Positions 47,439-57,362 of a stretch of 64,000 bases of DNA are shown piece by piece. A program made the translations under genes and the position numbers. Source of the DNA: Meiothermus sp. (GTDB taxonomy: Bacteria > Deinococcota > Deinococci > Deinococcales > Thermaceae); NCBI GenBank assembly GCA_033762915.1, contig JANRLD010000026.1:1-64000 (forward strand), read 5' to 3'. Under the pieces are notes generated by a model. That model searched no databases and was not told where the DNA came from. It was given only the letters and a program-made list of their open reading frames with translations. Position 1 is the stretch's first letter; each line of letters begins with the position of its first letter.

Positions 47439-48389
47439 TTAGTGGAGTACCGGCTCGCCCTGGCTGAGCGCCTTGAAGTAGGCGATGGTGCGGGTCAGGC
47501 CGTCGCGCACCGCCACCTTGGGCTCCCAGCCCAGCAAGGCCTTGGCCCGGCTGATGTCGGGGCGGCGCTGACGGGGGTCGTCCTGGGGCAGCGGCTCGTG
47601 GATCAGCGGCATCTTCGAGCCGACCAACTCCTGGGTGAGCTGGGCCAGCTCGAGCATGGTGAACTCCTCGGGGTTGCCCAGGTTGACCGGCTGGTGGTAC
47701 TCCACCTCCATTAGGCGGCGGATCCCCTCCACGAGATCGTCCACGTACTGGAAGCTGCGGGTCTGGCTGCCGTCGCCGTAAATGGTCAGGGGCCTACCCT
47801 GGAGGGCCTGGTTAACGAAGTTGGTGACCACCCGCCCGTCCTCGGCGTCCATGCGCGGGCCGTAGGTGTTGAAGATGCGGATGGTGCGGGTCGAGACCCC
47901 CCTGGCCTGCTGGTAGGCCAGGGTGAGGGTCTCGGCGTAGCGCTTGGCCTCGTCGTAGATCGAGCGCGGCCCCACCGAGTTGACATTGCCCCAGTAGGTT
48001 TCGGGCTGCGGGTGCACCAGCGGGTCGCCGTAAATCTCGCTGGTCGAGGCCAGGAAGAACTTCGCGCCCTTCGCCACCGCCAGGTCGAGTAGGTGCCGGG
48101 TGCCCTCGCCGTTGACCAGGAGGGTCTCGATGGGCAGCTTAAGGTAGCGCGGCGGCGAGGCCGGGGAGGCGAAGTGCATCACCCAGTCGAGGTCGCCATC
48201 CGCCTCGAGGGGCTTGGAGGCGTCGGCCTGGACGAAGTGAAACTGGGGGAACTTCGAGAGCAGTTCGACATTGCGGCGCTGTCCGCTCGAGAAGTCGTCC
48301 ACGCCCACGACTGTGTGGCCTTCCCTGAGCAGCCGCTCGCTTAAGTGGCTGCCCAGGAAGCCCGCCGCGCCTGTAATGAGGATTCGCAT
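47439..48389 (-). CDS. uxs: UDP-glucuronate decarboxylase (UDP-xylose synthase)
   Basis: TGAAGFLG, ASPASP, STSEIYGDP, YDEAKR, RIFNTYGPRM and DDPRQRRPDI motifs. Confidence 0.9.
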   Translation of the reverse strand: MRILITGAAGFLGSHLSERLLREGHTVVGVDDFSSGQRRNVELLSKFPQFHFVQADASKPLEADGDLDWVMHFASPASPPRYLKLPIETLLVNGEGTRHLLDLAVAKGAKFFLASTSEIYGDPLVHPQPETYWGNVNSVGPRSIYDEAKRYAETLTLAYQQARGVSTRTIRIFNTYGPRMDAEDGRVVTNFVNQALQGRPLTIYGDGSQTRSFQYVDDLVEGIRRLMEVEYHQPVNLGNPEEFTMLELAQLTQELVGSKMPLIHEPLPQDDPRQRRPDISRAKALLGWEPKVAVRDGLTRTIAYFKALSQGEPVLH

Positions 48390-48519
48390 GTTGGTCACCT
48401 TGGTTCTGCTGGCTGAGGGGAATGGTGCAAGATAAGAACGACAAATAGAGGGGAAGGGGGTTGGAAGGAGAAGGCAACAGGGTAAACCCAATGATTGCTC
48501 TCTCCTGCTCCCTCGCCGG

Positions 48520-49926
48520 TTATCCCTCCGCCGTCACCAACTGCGGGTTGGTTCCGGTCCCCACGCCGACGTGGTGGAAGCCGGCCTTGGTCAGGCGCTT
48601 CTTGTCGAGGTAGTTGCGCCCGTCCACCACCAGGGGTTTCTTCATCAGCCGGGCCATACCCTCCCAGTCGAGGTCGCGGTAGACGGCCCAGTCGGTCACC
48701 AGCACCACCGCGTCGGCGTCCTCGGCCAGGTCCATCACGCTCTCGCAGTACTCGACCGCGAGGTCGGGGTTCTGTTGCTTGGCGTGCTCGAGGGCGATCG
48801 GGTCGTGCACCCGCACCCTCGCACCGCGCTCGATCAGGCGCTGGGCCATGTCCAGGGCCGGGGAGTCGCGCAGGTCGTCGGTGTTGGGCTTGAAGGCCAG
48901 ACCCAGCAGCCCGATGGTACGGCCTTTCAGAATCTTGAGCTCGCGCTGGAGTTTCTCGACCATGCGCTCGCGCTGGCGGTAGTTGACCTCGCGGGCGGCC
49001 TGCACGATGGGCATGGAGAGGCCGTACTCCTTGCCGGTGGTGACCAGCGCGGCGGTGTCCTTGCCGAAGCAGCTCCCCCCCCAGCCGATGCCGGCCTGGA
49101 GGAAGCGGGGGCCGATGCGGCTGTCGAGGCCGATGCCGCGGGCGATCTGGGTCACGTCCGCGCCCACCCGCTCGGCCAGCGAGCCGATCTCGTTGATGAA
49201 GCTGATCTTCACCGATAGGAAGGCGTTGGCGGCGTACTTGATGAGTTCGGCGGAGGCCAAATCGGCGGAGATGAGGGGCACCGCCTTCATCGCCTCGGGG
49301 CGGGGCTGGAAGCTGGGGGCGGTGAAGCTCTGCTCGATCAGGGGGCGGTAGAGGTTGTAGAGGGTCTCGAGGGCCTCTTCCTTCTCTGCCCCGACCACGA
49401 TGCGGTCGGGGTACAAGCTGTCGTAGATGGCCGAGCCTTCGCGCAGGAACTCGGGGTTGGAGGCCACCGCGAAGTTGCCCTTGGCCTTGCGCCCGTGTTT
49501 GGCCTCGTAGGCCCCCTGCACCAGCGACTCCACCCAGTTGCCCGAGCCGATGGGGACGGTGGACTTGTTCACGATCACGGCGAACTTGCCGTTCAGTTGC
49601 GAGCCGATGCCCTCGGCGGCGGCCTGGACGTACTTAAGGTTGGGTGAGCCGTCGGCGGCGGAGGGAGTGCCCACGGCGATGTAGATCACGTCGGCGTCGG
49701 GGACGGCCTCGGCGTAGTTGTCGGTGAATTTAAGCCGCTCCCTCGCGGCGTACATCAGCTCCTCGAGGCCCGGCTCGTAGATGTGGGCCTTGCCCGAGCG
49801 CAGCAGGGCCAGCTTCTTGGGATCCACGTCCACGCAGGTAACCTCGTGGCCCACGTAAGCCAAGGTGACGCCGGTGGTGATACCGACATAGCCTGTACCG
49901 ATAACCGCAACTTTCATTGCCTTCAT
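48520..49926 (-). CDS. ugd: UDP-glucose 6-dehydrogenase
   Basis: GTGYVG, KSTVP, NPEFLREG, GGSCF.KD and KPNTDDLRDS motifs. Confidence 0.94.
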   Translation of the reverse strand: MKAMKVAVIGTGYVGITTGVTLAYVGHEVTCVDVDPKKLALLRSGKAHIYEPGLEELMYAARERLKFTDNYAEAVPDADVIYIAVGTPSAADGSPNLKYVQAAAEGIGSQLNGKFAVIVNKSTVPIGSGNWVESLVQGAYEAKHGRKAKGNFAVASNPEFLREGSAIYDSLYPDRIVVGAEKEEALETLYNLYRPLIEQSFTAPSFQPRPEAMKAVPLISADLASAELIKYAANAFLSVKISFINEIGSLAERVGADVTQIARGIGLDSRIGPRFLQAGIGWGGSCFGKDTAALVTTGKEYGLSMPIVQAAREVNYRQRERMVEKLQRELKILKGRTIGLLGLAFKPNTDDLRDSPALDMAQRLIERGARVRVHDPIALEHAKQQNPDLAVEYCESVMDLAEDADAVVLVTDWAVYRDLDWEGMARLMKKPLVVDGRNYLDKKRLTKAGFHHVGVGTGTNPQLVTAEG

Positions 49927-50188
49927 GCTCTTGCTCCTTGGCTGCCCTGTCGTTGGCAGGGCGAATAGGCCGAAGACCTAACGATTTTGAGTGTACTCGC
50001 TCTCACTCAAAAGTTAACCCCAAATAACCGCAACCTCCGAGGTTTTCGTCGTGCCTGCCTGAATTTTTATGGCTTGACGTTACAGGAGGGTGAAAAATGC
50101 ATGTGCGTTAGTCACGCTCGAGATGAAGGGCGTTAAGAAGTGGTCGGGTGCGCCGATCCGGGCCGCTGCAGGGTGGCTCCCTTGCCGG

Positions 50189-50302
50189 GGGCGGTTCTCA
50201 CGACTGCCCCGCACTTTCGGGCCTGTCGGCGGAGTACCTTACGCCCGCTTTAGCGCTGCTTTAGCGCATCTCTGCGCGGGGCGTAAGCGTTGGGAACCGC
50301 AG
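50189..50302 (+). mobile_element. Degenerate MITE family A type I with two tandem modules
   Basis: GCGGTTCTCAC...TGGGAACCGC ends; interior contains CCGCTTTAGCGC-TGCTTTAGCGC. Confidence 0.6.
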
Positions 50303-50316
50303 TGAGCAGCTGCCCA

Positions 50317-51576
50317 TTAACTGCCGGCCTCCCTCAGGGCGCTTTCCCGCGCCTTGTCGGCGTTCTTGCGCATCCGCCAGACCAGATACCCCACCGCCCC
50401 CAGCCGCAGCAGCAGCGATACCACGATGGGGAAGTGGTAGGGGGTGGGGCCGAACTGCAGCACGGCATGCAGACTGCCCAGGATGCCGCCCAGCACCGAA
50501 CCCAGGACGCCGCCCAGCGCGAAGGAGAGCCAGTAGAGCGAGAGGTAGAGGTTGCGGCGCTCGGGGCTCGCGCCTTGCAGGACGATGTTGGTGAGGGCAG
50601 TGCCCAGCCCCACCCAGGCGATGGCATCTATGACGGCGGAGGCCCAGATGGGCTCGAGGAAGCCGGGCCGCCCCAACAGCCACAGCCCCGGCAGCAGCAC
50701 GGCGGCCACCACGCTGGTGAAGAGCAGCACCCACCAGTGCCCGATGCGGTCGGCGATGCGCCCCCATAGCGGCCCCATCACCAGCCCGGTTACTGCCGAG
50801 ATCACCGTCCAAAGCCCGATCTGGGTAAAGCTCATCTGGGTGTACTCGAGGAACAGCGGGATGGCGAACGGTCCGCCCACGCTCACCGCCCCCAGAAAGA
50901 AGACCACGAAGCCCAAAAAGCCCCGGAAGGTGCGGTCGGAGAGGGGGGAGAAGAACTCCTTCAGGGTGGGGGCCGAGGGGGTGGAGGGGGGCTCGAGCTG
51001 GAAGTGCAGGATGCGGGTGGCGGCGATGCCCAGCCCCACCCCCACCGCGATCACCAGCAGGAAGCCCCAGGGCTTGCCCAGCGCGTCTATCACCACGCCC
51101 GCCGCCAGGTTCCCTAGCGTCCCCACCAGCCCCAGCAGCCCGTTGCGGAAGCCGAAGTAGCGCCCGCGCTTTTCCTCGGGCACCAGGTCGGCCATCCAGC
51201 TCGTCCACAGCACGTTGACCGGCGAGATGATGAGTTGGCTCAGCGCCGCGAAGAGCAGCAGCCCCGGCACCCGCCAGTCCTCGGGCAGCAGCGGCAGGAA
51301 CAGCACCGCCCCGAACACCGCCCGCCCGGTCGCGGCCAGCCGGATGCTCAGCCGCTTGCGGCTGCCCCTAAAGAACAGCGCCGAGGGGGCCGCCATCTGG
51401 GCCACCAGCGGCAGTGCGCCCAGAACCGCCAGGGCCGCCGGGTTGGCCCCCAGCCACAGCGCATAGCCGGTGGTGACCACCCCGGTGGCCCAGTTGACAA
51501 AGATGACGGCCAGCGCCCCCTCCCAGATCGAGAGCTGTTGTGAGCGGCGGGGTTCGTCGGTCGGGAGCAGGGTCAC
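50317..51576 (-). CDS. MFS transporter
   Basis: About 12 hydrophobic segments; WMADLVP...RGRYFG and WGRIADRIG motifs. Confidence 0.88.
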   Translation of the reverse strand: MTLLPTDEPRRSQQLSIWEGALAVIFVNWATGVVTTGYALWLGANPAALAVLGALPLVAQMAAPSALFFRGSRKRLSIRLAATGRAVFGAVLFLPLLPEDWRVPGLLLFAALSQLIISPVNVLWTSWMADLVPEEKRGRYFGFRNGLLGLVGTLGNLAAGVVIDALGKPWGFLLVIAVGVGLGIAATRILHFQLEPPSTPSAPTLKEFFSPLSDRTFRGFLGFVVFFLGAVSVGGPFAIPLFLEYTQMSFTQIGLWTVISAVTGLVMGPLWGRIADRIGHWWVLLFTSVVAAVLLPGLWLLGRPGFLEPIWASAVIDAIAWVGLGTALTNIVLQGASPERRNLYLSLYWLSFALGGVLGSVLGGILGSLHAVLQFGPTPYHFPIVVSLLLRLGAVGYLVWRMRKNADKARESALREAGS

Positions 51577-51729
51577 AAGCCTCGATTATTTCGCCAATTG
51601 CCAAGAAATACCAGAGGAATTGAACCTCATACTTTTGGTTGACCGAATTGGGTTCGCTGTTATGGGGAGGATGGTGCCGTGCGTGGCTACCCAAAAGCCG
51701 CTGACAGCCCATCTCCCCCGACCTAGGCC

Positions 51730-52434
51730 CTAGGCCTTCTGGCCCTCGAGCATCGGCCCGGCCTGCACGACCTCCTCGCGCACCAGCCTGCCGTCTTTGA
51801 GGTGCAGGATGTGCTCGGCCCGGCTTGCTAGCTCGAGGTCGTGGGTCACCAGGATCACGCTGCGTCCCTCCTCGGCCTGGTGCAACAGCAACTCCACCAC
51901 CAGCGCCCCCGAGGCCGAGTCCAGATTGCCGGTGGGCTCGTCGGCGAACAGCACCATCGGGTTCAGTCCCAGCGCCCGCGCAATCGCCACCCGCTGCTGC
52001 TCGCCGCCAGAGAGCTTGTTGGGCAGATGGCCGGTGCGCTTGCCTAGCCCCACCTTCTCCAGGAGCGCCACCGCCCTGGCCTGCCGCTCCTTGTGCGGAA
52101 CCCCGGAGAGCATCATCGGGAAGGCCACGTTCTCGGCGGCGGTGAGGGTGGGGATCAGGTTCCACTGCTGGAAGACGAAGCCCATGTGCTTCAGCCGCAG
52201 GTCCGAGCGGGCGTCCTCGCCCAGCCGGGAGAGCCCCGTCCCGTCCAGGCGCACCTCCCCCTCGGTCGGCACGTCGAAGCCCGCCAGCAGGTTCAGCAGG
52301 GTGGTCTTGCCGGACCCCGACGGCCCCACAATGGCGGTCAGCCCCGGCTGAAAGGTGTAGGTGAAGTGGTCAACTGCCACCACGTCGATCTCACCCTGGT
52401 GGAAGCGCTTGTGCAGGTTGATGGCTTCTAGCAT
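51730..52434 (-). CDS. ABC transporter ATP-binding protein (LolD/MacB-like)
   Basis: [25 protein letters not shown] and VTHD motifs. Confidence 0.95.
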   Translation of the reverse strand: MLEAINLHKRFHQGEIDVVAVDHFTYTFQPGLTAIVGPSGSGKTTLLNLLAGFDVPTEGEVRLDGTGLSRLGEDARSDLRLKHMGFVFQQWNLIPTLTAAENVAFPMMLSGVPHKERQARAVALLEKVGLGKRTGHLPNKLSGGEQQRVAIARALGLNPMVLFADEPTGNLDSASGALVVELLLHQAEEGRSVILVTHDLELASRAEHILHLKDGRLVREEVVQAGPMLEGQKA

Positions 52435-52546
52435 CGGTAAACCTCAGAGGGAAGGTGAAGTGCGAGAAAAGAGGGCGGAGAACAGATGAGGCGTCCGGAG
52501 TTGCGTTTTTCACTGCTCCTCGCCGATCCTGCCTCCTGCCCTCCCT

Positions 52547-53686
52547 CTAAATGCGTCCTAGCGCTTCCACCACCTTCAGGCGGCTAGCGGTGCGGGCGGG
52601 GAAGAATCCCGCCAGCAATCCTAAGACCACCGCCACCAGCAGTGCAAACGAGGCCAGGCGGAAGGTCACGGCGGAGAGGGCTAGGCCGACCTCGCGCACG
52701 GTGTACCAGTTGACCAGTGCGGCGGCGAGCTGGCCCACCACCAAGCCCAAGAGGCCGCCCACGATGCCCAGCAGCAGCGCCTCGAGCAGCACCAGCCCGA
52801 AGATGAAATTGCGCTTGGCCCCAAGTGCCCGCATCAGCCCGAACTCGCGGATGCGCTCGTAGACCGACATCATCACCGTGTTGGCGACCAGCAGGCCGCC
52901 CACGATCAGGGCTACCAGGCTGATCCCGAAGCGCACCAGGTCGGAGATCCGCACCGCCCGCTCGGCGAACTGGAGCACGTCGCCGGTGGTCTGGGCGCTC
53001 ACCCCGCTGACGCGCGCCTCGATGGCCTTGGCCACGTCGTCGGCCTTGCGGCCCTCGGCGATGGCGACCGCCATGGAGGTGTAGTTGGAGGTGCCCAGCG
53101 CGGTGTGGACGGCGCTGACCGGGACGAAGATGATGCTGTCGGAGAGGCCGCCGGAGGACTTCAGGATGCCTTCGACCTTGAGGGTCACGCGGGGTGAGAT
53201 CCGCAGGCTCTTGCCGATGCTCAGGTTGCTGCGCTCGGCCACCCGGTCCCCCACGATGGCCCCACTGGCGCTGGGGGTGATGGCCCCCTCGCGCACCTCG
53301 AGGTTGGGGTAGAGCTTCTTGGGGCCCAGGTCGTCGGGCAGGCCCTGGAAGACGAAGGTGCTCTGCGGGTCGAAGCCGCCGCGGGTGAGCACCACGTAGG
53401 GGATTACCTGGGTGACCCCCAGCTCCTTGGCGCTGGCCTCGAGCTGCCGCACCGTCTCGGGCCGCAGCTCGGGGTAGCCGGGGCTGAAGGCCTCCACCCC
53501 CTCCGGCAGCACCAGCACCGCCGGGCCGACGCTCGAGAGCTCGGCCCCCAGCGCCTTGCGCAGCCCCTCCCCGAAGCTCAGGAACAGCACCATCGAGGCC
53601 GTCGAGACCACGATGCCCAGGAGGGTCAGGACGCTGCGAATCGGGCGGGCGCGAAGGTTGCGGTAGACCAAAGCCAGGACTTCCAT
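52547..53686 (-). CDS. ABC transporter permease (MacB/FtsX-like)
   Basis: RS.LT.LGI and NTVMMSVYERIREFGLMRALGA motifs. Confidence 0.93.
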   Translation of the reverse strand: MEVLALVYRNLRARPIRSVLTLLGIVVSTASMVLFLSFGEGLRKALGAELSSVGPAVLVLPEGVEAFSPGYPELRPETVRQLEASAKELGVTQVIPYVVLTRGGFDPQSTFVFQGLPDDLGPKKLYPNLEVREGAITPSASGAIVGDRVAERSNLSIGKSLRISPRVTLKVEGILKSSGGLSDSIIFVPVSAVHTALGTSNYTSMAVAIAEGRKADDVAKAIEARVSGVSAQTTGDVLQFAERAVRISDLVRFGISLVALIVGGLLVANTVMMSVYERIREFGLMRALGAKRNFIFGLVLLEALLLGIVGGLLGLVVGQLAAALVNWYTVREVGLALSAVTFRLASFALLVAVVLGLLAGFFPARTASRLKVVEALGRI

Positions 53687-53799
53687 TCGGTATAGGATAC
53701 GGGGTTTTTGTGAAAAAAGTGGTCAGAAAGCCGGGGCGAGGGCCGAGCAGCACTTGGCGACCCGCCGAAAACCGAACGCCAGAACCGGTGCCCTCCTGT

Positions 53800-53890
53800 G
53801 CGCGTTTCCTACCATGACTTCCCTCGCGGCGGCAGGTAATGTACTCCCTACAACGGTTTTTGCTGTAGGGAGTATGCGCGGGAACCGCTC
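53800..53890 (-). mobile_element. MITE family A type II without the module (91 bp)
   Basis: Reverse complement aligns with 28165-28255. Confidence 0.8.
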
Positions 53891-54105
53891 TGAGTGCGGC
53901 GGCTTTTGCCCAGCGGTGGATCTGGGGGCTATAGCGGTCGTTTCAGAGCGGCGGACAGCACCCAGGGAGCCAATGGGCGAGCCGCCAAGCGCCCGTCCGG
54001 AATTGCGCCCGCAGCCGGCGCACCAGGCGACGGCCTTTGGCGCATCTTGCGCGGGCCCGACTCGGCCGATGGGCATCGCTCAGCTCGTCGCTGTAAGCTC
54101 TAGGC

Positions 54106-54816
54106 ATGTTGATCTACGGACGTAACCCGGTGCTCGAGGCCATCCGCGAGGGGCAGGCCGGGCAGGTGTGGGTGGCCCGGGGGGTGGAGGGCTGGCTGCT
54201 GAAGGAACTGGACAAGCTCCAGGCCGAGTACAAGCTGGTGCCGCGCATCGAGCTGGACCAGATGGTAAAGACGACGCAGCACCAGGGGCTGGTGGCCGAA
54301 CTCGAGGAGGCCACCTACTCAGACCCCCAGGCCCCCTTGCGCTTGGCCCAGGGGCGCGGCGAGCAGCCCCTGCTGGTCGTTCTGGACGGTGTGACCGACC
54401 CGCGCAACTACGGCGCCATCATCCGCAGCGCCTTCGCGCTGGGGGCGCACGGGGTCGTCACCGAGGAGCGCCGCAGCGCCCCACTGTCGGCCATCGTGCT
54501 CAAGGCCTCGGCCGGCACCGCCAGCAAGATCCCGCTGGTGCAGGTCAAGAACATCGCCCGCTACCTCGAGCAGATCAAAGAGCAGGGCCTGTGGGTCTAC
54601 GGTACCAGCGGCCGGGCCAGCAAGACCCTCGAGCAACTCGACTACAAGCGACCCCTGGCCGTTGTGATCGGATCGGAGGGCGAGGGCATGCGCCGGCTGG
54701 TGGGCGAACACTGCGACGAGCTGGCCAGGATCGCCCTGGCTCCGGGTGCCGAGAGCCTCAACGCGGCGGTGGCGCTGGGGGTGGTGCTCTACCAGGCCCA
54801 GCTTGGGCGGAAGTAA
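54106..54816 (+). CDS. rlmB: 23S rRNA Gm2251 2'-O-methyltransferase (SpoU family)
   Basis: YGRNPV.EA, HQG, DPRNYGAIIRSA, GSEGEG and ESLNA motifs; leaderless -10 TAAGCT. Confidence 0.92.
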   Translation: MLIYGRNPVLEAIREGQAGQVWVARGVEGWLLKELDKLQAEYKLVPRIELDQMVKTTQHQGLVAELEEATYSDPQAPLRLAQGRGEQPLLVVLDGVTDPRNYGAIIRSAFALGAHGVVTEERRSAPLSAIVLKASAGTASKIPLVQVKNIARYLEQIKEQGLWVYGTSGRASKTLEQLDYKRPLAVVIGSEGEGMRRLVGEHCDELARIALAPGAESLNAAVALGVVLYQAQLGRK

Positions 54817-54840
54817 GCGTCTGCACGGCTGCAATGCGGA

Positions 54841-54901
54841 GTGCCGCCCCGCGACGCCCAGGGAACTGCGCCCCTGCTTGCACCATTGGTAGCCCGGGCG
54901 C
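54841..54901 (+). repeat. Partial copy of repeat family B
   Basis: GTGCCGCCCCG..ACGCCC.GG..AACTGCGCCC.TGC. Confidence 0.5.
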
Positions 54902-54910
54902 AGGAAAGGG

Positions 54911-54944
54911 GAGTACCGCCGGGCCCGAAGGCCCGGCGGTACTC
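54911..54944. terminator. 15-bp perfect hairpin (UUCG loop on the minus strand) between convergent genes
   Basis: GAGTACCGCCGGGCC-CGAA-GGCCCGGCGGTACTC. Confidence 0.7.
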
Positions 54945-54977
54945 TGTGCGGCTTCCGACTGCAGTCGGTCTCGAGCC

Positions 54978-57263
54978 TTAGGGCGCCACGAACAGCTTCT
55001 GGGCGTCGCGGTAGCCGGGCAGGTCGCGGTACCAGTCCTTGCTGTTAGCCCCGTTACTCAGGGCCCAGGTGTCGAAGTTGAGGTAGCCCACGCGGATGTC
55101 CAGACCCAGGCTGACCCAGCCGTTGGGCTGGTTGAGCACCTCGCGCAAGTAGGTGTACTGGGTGGGCAGGTGCAGGGCCCAGGGGCGGTTAAAGCTGTCG
55201 ATGTAGAAGCGGTTGGCGGTGGGGTTGGAGGTGTCGTCGCCGGTGCCGTAGAGGCTGGTGTTGGCTTTGGCGGTGGGGCGGTAGCCGGCCAGGTGGATCT
55301 CCATGCCGCGGCTCCAGACCGGCACATAGCGGCCGTCCTGCAGCCTGACCGGGTTGGCGATGATGAAGGGGTTGTAGGGCGCGGCGCCGGGGGCCGAGGC
55401 GGCCAGGGGGCTGGTGAGGTTGATGGTCATGCGGACCCGCCCGGGGATTTTGGTGGGCTCGGTGGGCACCACGTTGGAGTAGAAGGGGCGGCTGGGCACG
55501 GAGGGCTCGAGCAGGTCGTAGCCGTTGTCGAAGACGATGAACACCGCCTTGGACTGTCCGGCCTCGGTGCCGTTGGGGTTGCGGTCTTGGGTGTAGTGGA
55601 TCGGCGGGGCGCCGGCCTGCAGACTCCCGTTTTTCTCCCACTGGTAGTTCACGCTGGCCACCTGGCTGGGCAGCAGGTCGGTGGAGAAGGCCAGGCCATT
55701 GTGCCAGCCGCCGCCCAGGGCCCGCAGCACGAACTCGGTCTGAATCTGCACCAGCTGCCCGCCCGCGTTGGTCACGTGGTTGATGTTGTAGTCGACCACC
55801 ATGTCGTTGAAGTCATAGTCGCCCCTGCGCGGCCAGAGGTCCTCGAAGGCCAGGGTGCCGTAGTCGTTCTTGGCCGGGAAGTAGTTGTTGAAGGCCCTGG
55901 CGGGGTCGGTGGGGTAGGCGTCGAAGGTGTCGTTGGCGCCGTCACTGTCGCTGTCAGCGGTGGTGGGGTCCCTGGAGGGGGCCAGGTCGGCGGTGCGGGT
56001 GAGGTCGGGGTTGGCGGGGTCGCGCACCACGATGTTGGTCTTCTGGACGGCGGTGTAGGGGTTGGCTTCGACCAGCAGCACCGCGTCGTTGAAGTCCTGG
56101 TCGCCGCCGCGGTGGCGCAGGATGTCCTCGAGGCCCAGGATCAGGGTCTGGCGGTTGTCGTCGTAGAGCAGCACGGTCTGGGAGCTGTTGGCCACGGTCA
56201 TGCCCTGCCCAGCGTAGAGCTGGTGGTTGAGCAGGGGGTCGGAGAAGACGCTCCGCTCGGCGGAGCGCTCGAGCACCCCGGTGGAGCTGTTGCGCCAGCC
56301 GTTGGCCACCAGGAACCAGCCGATGCCGGTTCTGGCGGGGAACACGTCGCTCCAGGTCTGGGTGGTGGTGTCGAAGTGGCGCAGCTTGACCCGGTTGCCC
56401 GACTGCAGCCCGCCGCCCGAGCCCTGGTAGGAGGCGTTGGGGTAGGCCATGATCATGCGGCTGAGGATCTCGCTGACGGTGCGGGGCGGGTTGGCAGCGG
56501 GGTACAGGTAGTAGCCCACCGCGTTGAGGTAGCCGGCACCCTCGTGGACGAAGGTCAGCCAGACCTCGGCCGGGTCTTTGAGCACCAGGTTGCTGATGGC
56601 GTCCCGGGCGATGTAGCGGCTGCGGGTGGGGTCGCTGGGCAGCGGCGAGCCCTCGGGCAGGGTGGCGTTGATGGTCCTGAGCATGGCGGCGGTCAGCTTG
56701 GTAGAGGGGGTAGTGAGGTTGCTGGGCACCCCGAGGCTGTTCCAGTTGCCGAACCCGCCCAAGTAGCGATAGCTGTAGGTGACATTCTGAAGACTCACCC
56801 CAGGGGATTCGGGGGCGCTGCGGGGCACCATGACGTTGAGGGCGGTGATGGTCTGGTCGTCGAGGCGCACTCGAGCCTTGCCCTCTTTGATGGAGACCTT
56901 GATGGGCTCGCTGATCACGCCGATGTAGTCGACCCGTATGCCCACTTCCTTAAGGTCGGAAGGCAGGGTCACCTGGGTGCGGTAGAAGCCCTGGGCATTG
57001 GTGGAGCCGCTGAGCATCTGCTTGCTCTCGTCTACCGAGCCGTCGGGCAGGAAGCCCTGGAAGACCCGTACCGGGGCCCCGGCGGCCGCCTCGCCCAGGC
57101 TGCGCACCTCGACCTCGAGCTGCACGTCCTGGGTGGTCTTGAAGTTGAAGTCTTCGGGCTTGGAGGTGGGGGAGGAGTTGGGCGCCTGGAGGGAGCCGCA
57201 GGCGGTAGCCAGCAGGGCGACCAGGGCGACCAGGGGGGATAGGTACCTCGGGGGTGTATTCAC
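54978..57263 (-). CDS. LruC-domain (DUF4842/DUF4114-like) lipoprotein
   Basis: Lipobox ATAC; TFVHEGAGY.N..GYY, GLED...D.DFND, TLAFEDLWP..GDYDFND, YNPFI and EIHL motifs. Confidence 0.85.
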   Translation of the reverse strand: MNTPPRYLSPLVALVALLATACGSLQAPNSSPTSKPEDFNFKTTQDVQLEVEVRSLGEAAAGAPVRVFQGFLPDGSVDESKQMLSGSTNAQGFYRTQVTLPSDLKEVGIRVDYIGVISEPIKVSIKEGKARVRLDDQTITALNVMVPRSAPESPGVSLQNVTYSYRYLGGFGNWNSLGVPSNLTTPSTKLTAAMLRTINATLPEGSPLPSDPTRSRYIARDAISNLVLKDPAEVWLTFVHEGAGYLNAVGYYLYPAANPPRTVSEILSRMIMAYPNASYQGSGGGLQSGNRVKLRHFDTTTQTWSDVFPARTGIGWFLVANGWRNSSTGVLERSAERSVFSDPLLNHQLYAGQGMTVANSSQTVLLYDDNRQTLILGLEDILRHRGGDQDFNDAVLLVEANPYTAVQKTNIVVRDPANPDLTRTADLAPSRDPTTADSDSDGANDTFDAYPTDPARAFNNYFPAKNDYGTLAFEDLWPRRGDYDFNDMVVDYNINHVTNAGGQLVQIQTEFVLRALGGGWHNGLAFSTDLLPSQVASVNYQWEKNGSLQAGAPPIHYTQDRNPNGTEAGQSKAVFIVFDNGYDLLEPSVPSRPFYSNVVPTEPTKIPGRVRMTINLTSPLAASAPGAAPYNPFIIANPVRLQDGRYVPVWSRGMEIHLAGYRPTAKANTSLYGTGDDTSNPTANRFYIDSFNRPWALHLPTQYTYLREVLNQPNGWVSLGLDIRVGYLNFDTWALSNGANSKDWYRDLPGYRDAQKLFVAP

Positions 57264-57362
57264 GTTCTACCTCAGCAAGGATGAAGGTAGACCCATCTCG
57301 TGGAAAAGTTGTGACCACAGCCGTGAACCGAGCTGTGCCGGGTCGGGCGCTAATATCGGAGC

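Noticed and set aside
53723..54125. Short ORFs with recurring peptides such as AFPTMTSLAAAGNVLPT (also near 9902, 28065 and 37354)
   Set aside because: These are translations of the MITE copies, not a protein family.
54168..57242. 1024-aa plus-strand ORF
   Set aside because: Antisense shadow of the LruC gene and out of frame with rlmB; no motifs; a typical high-GC artefact.
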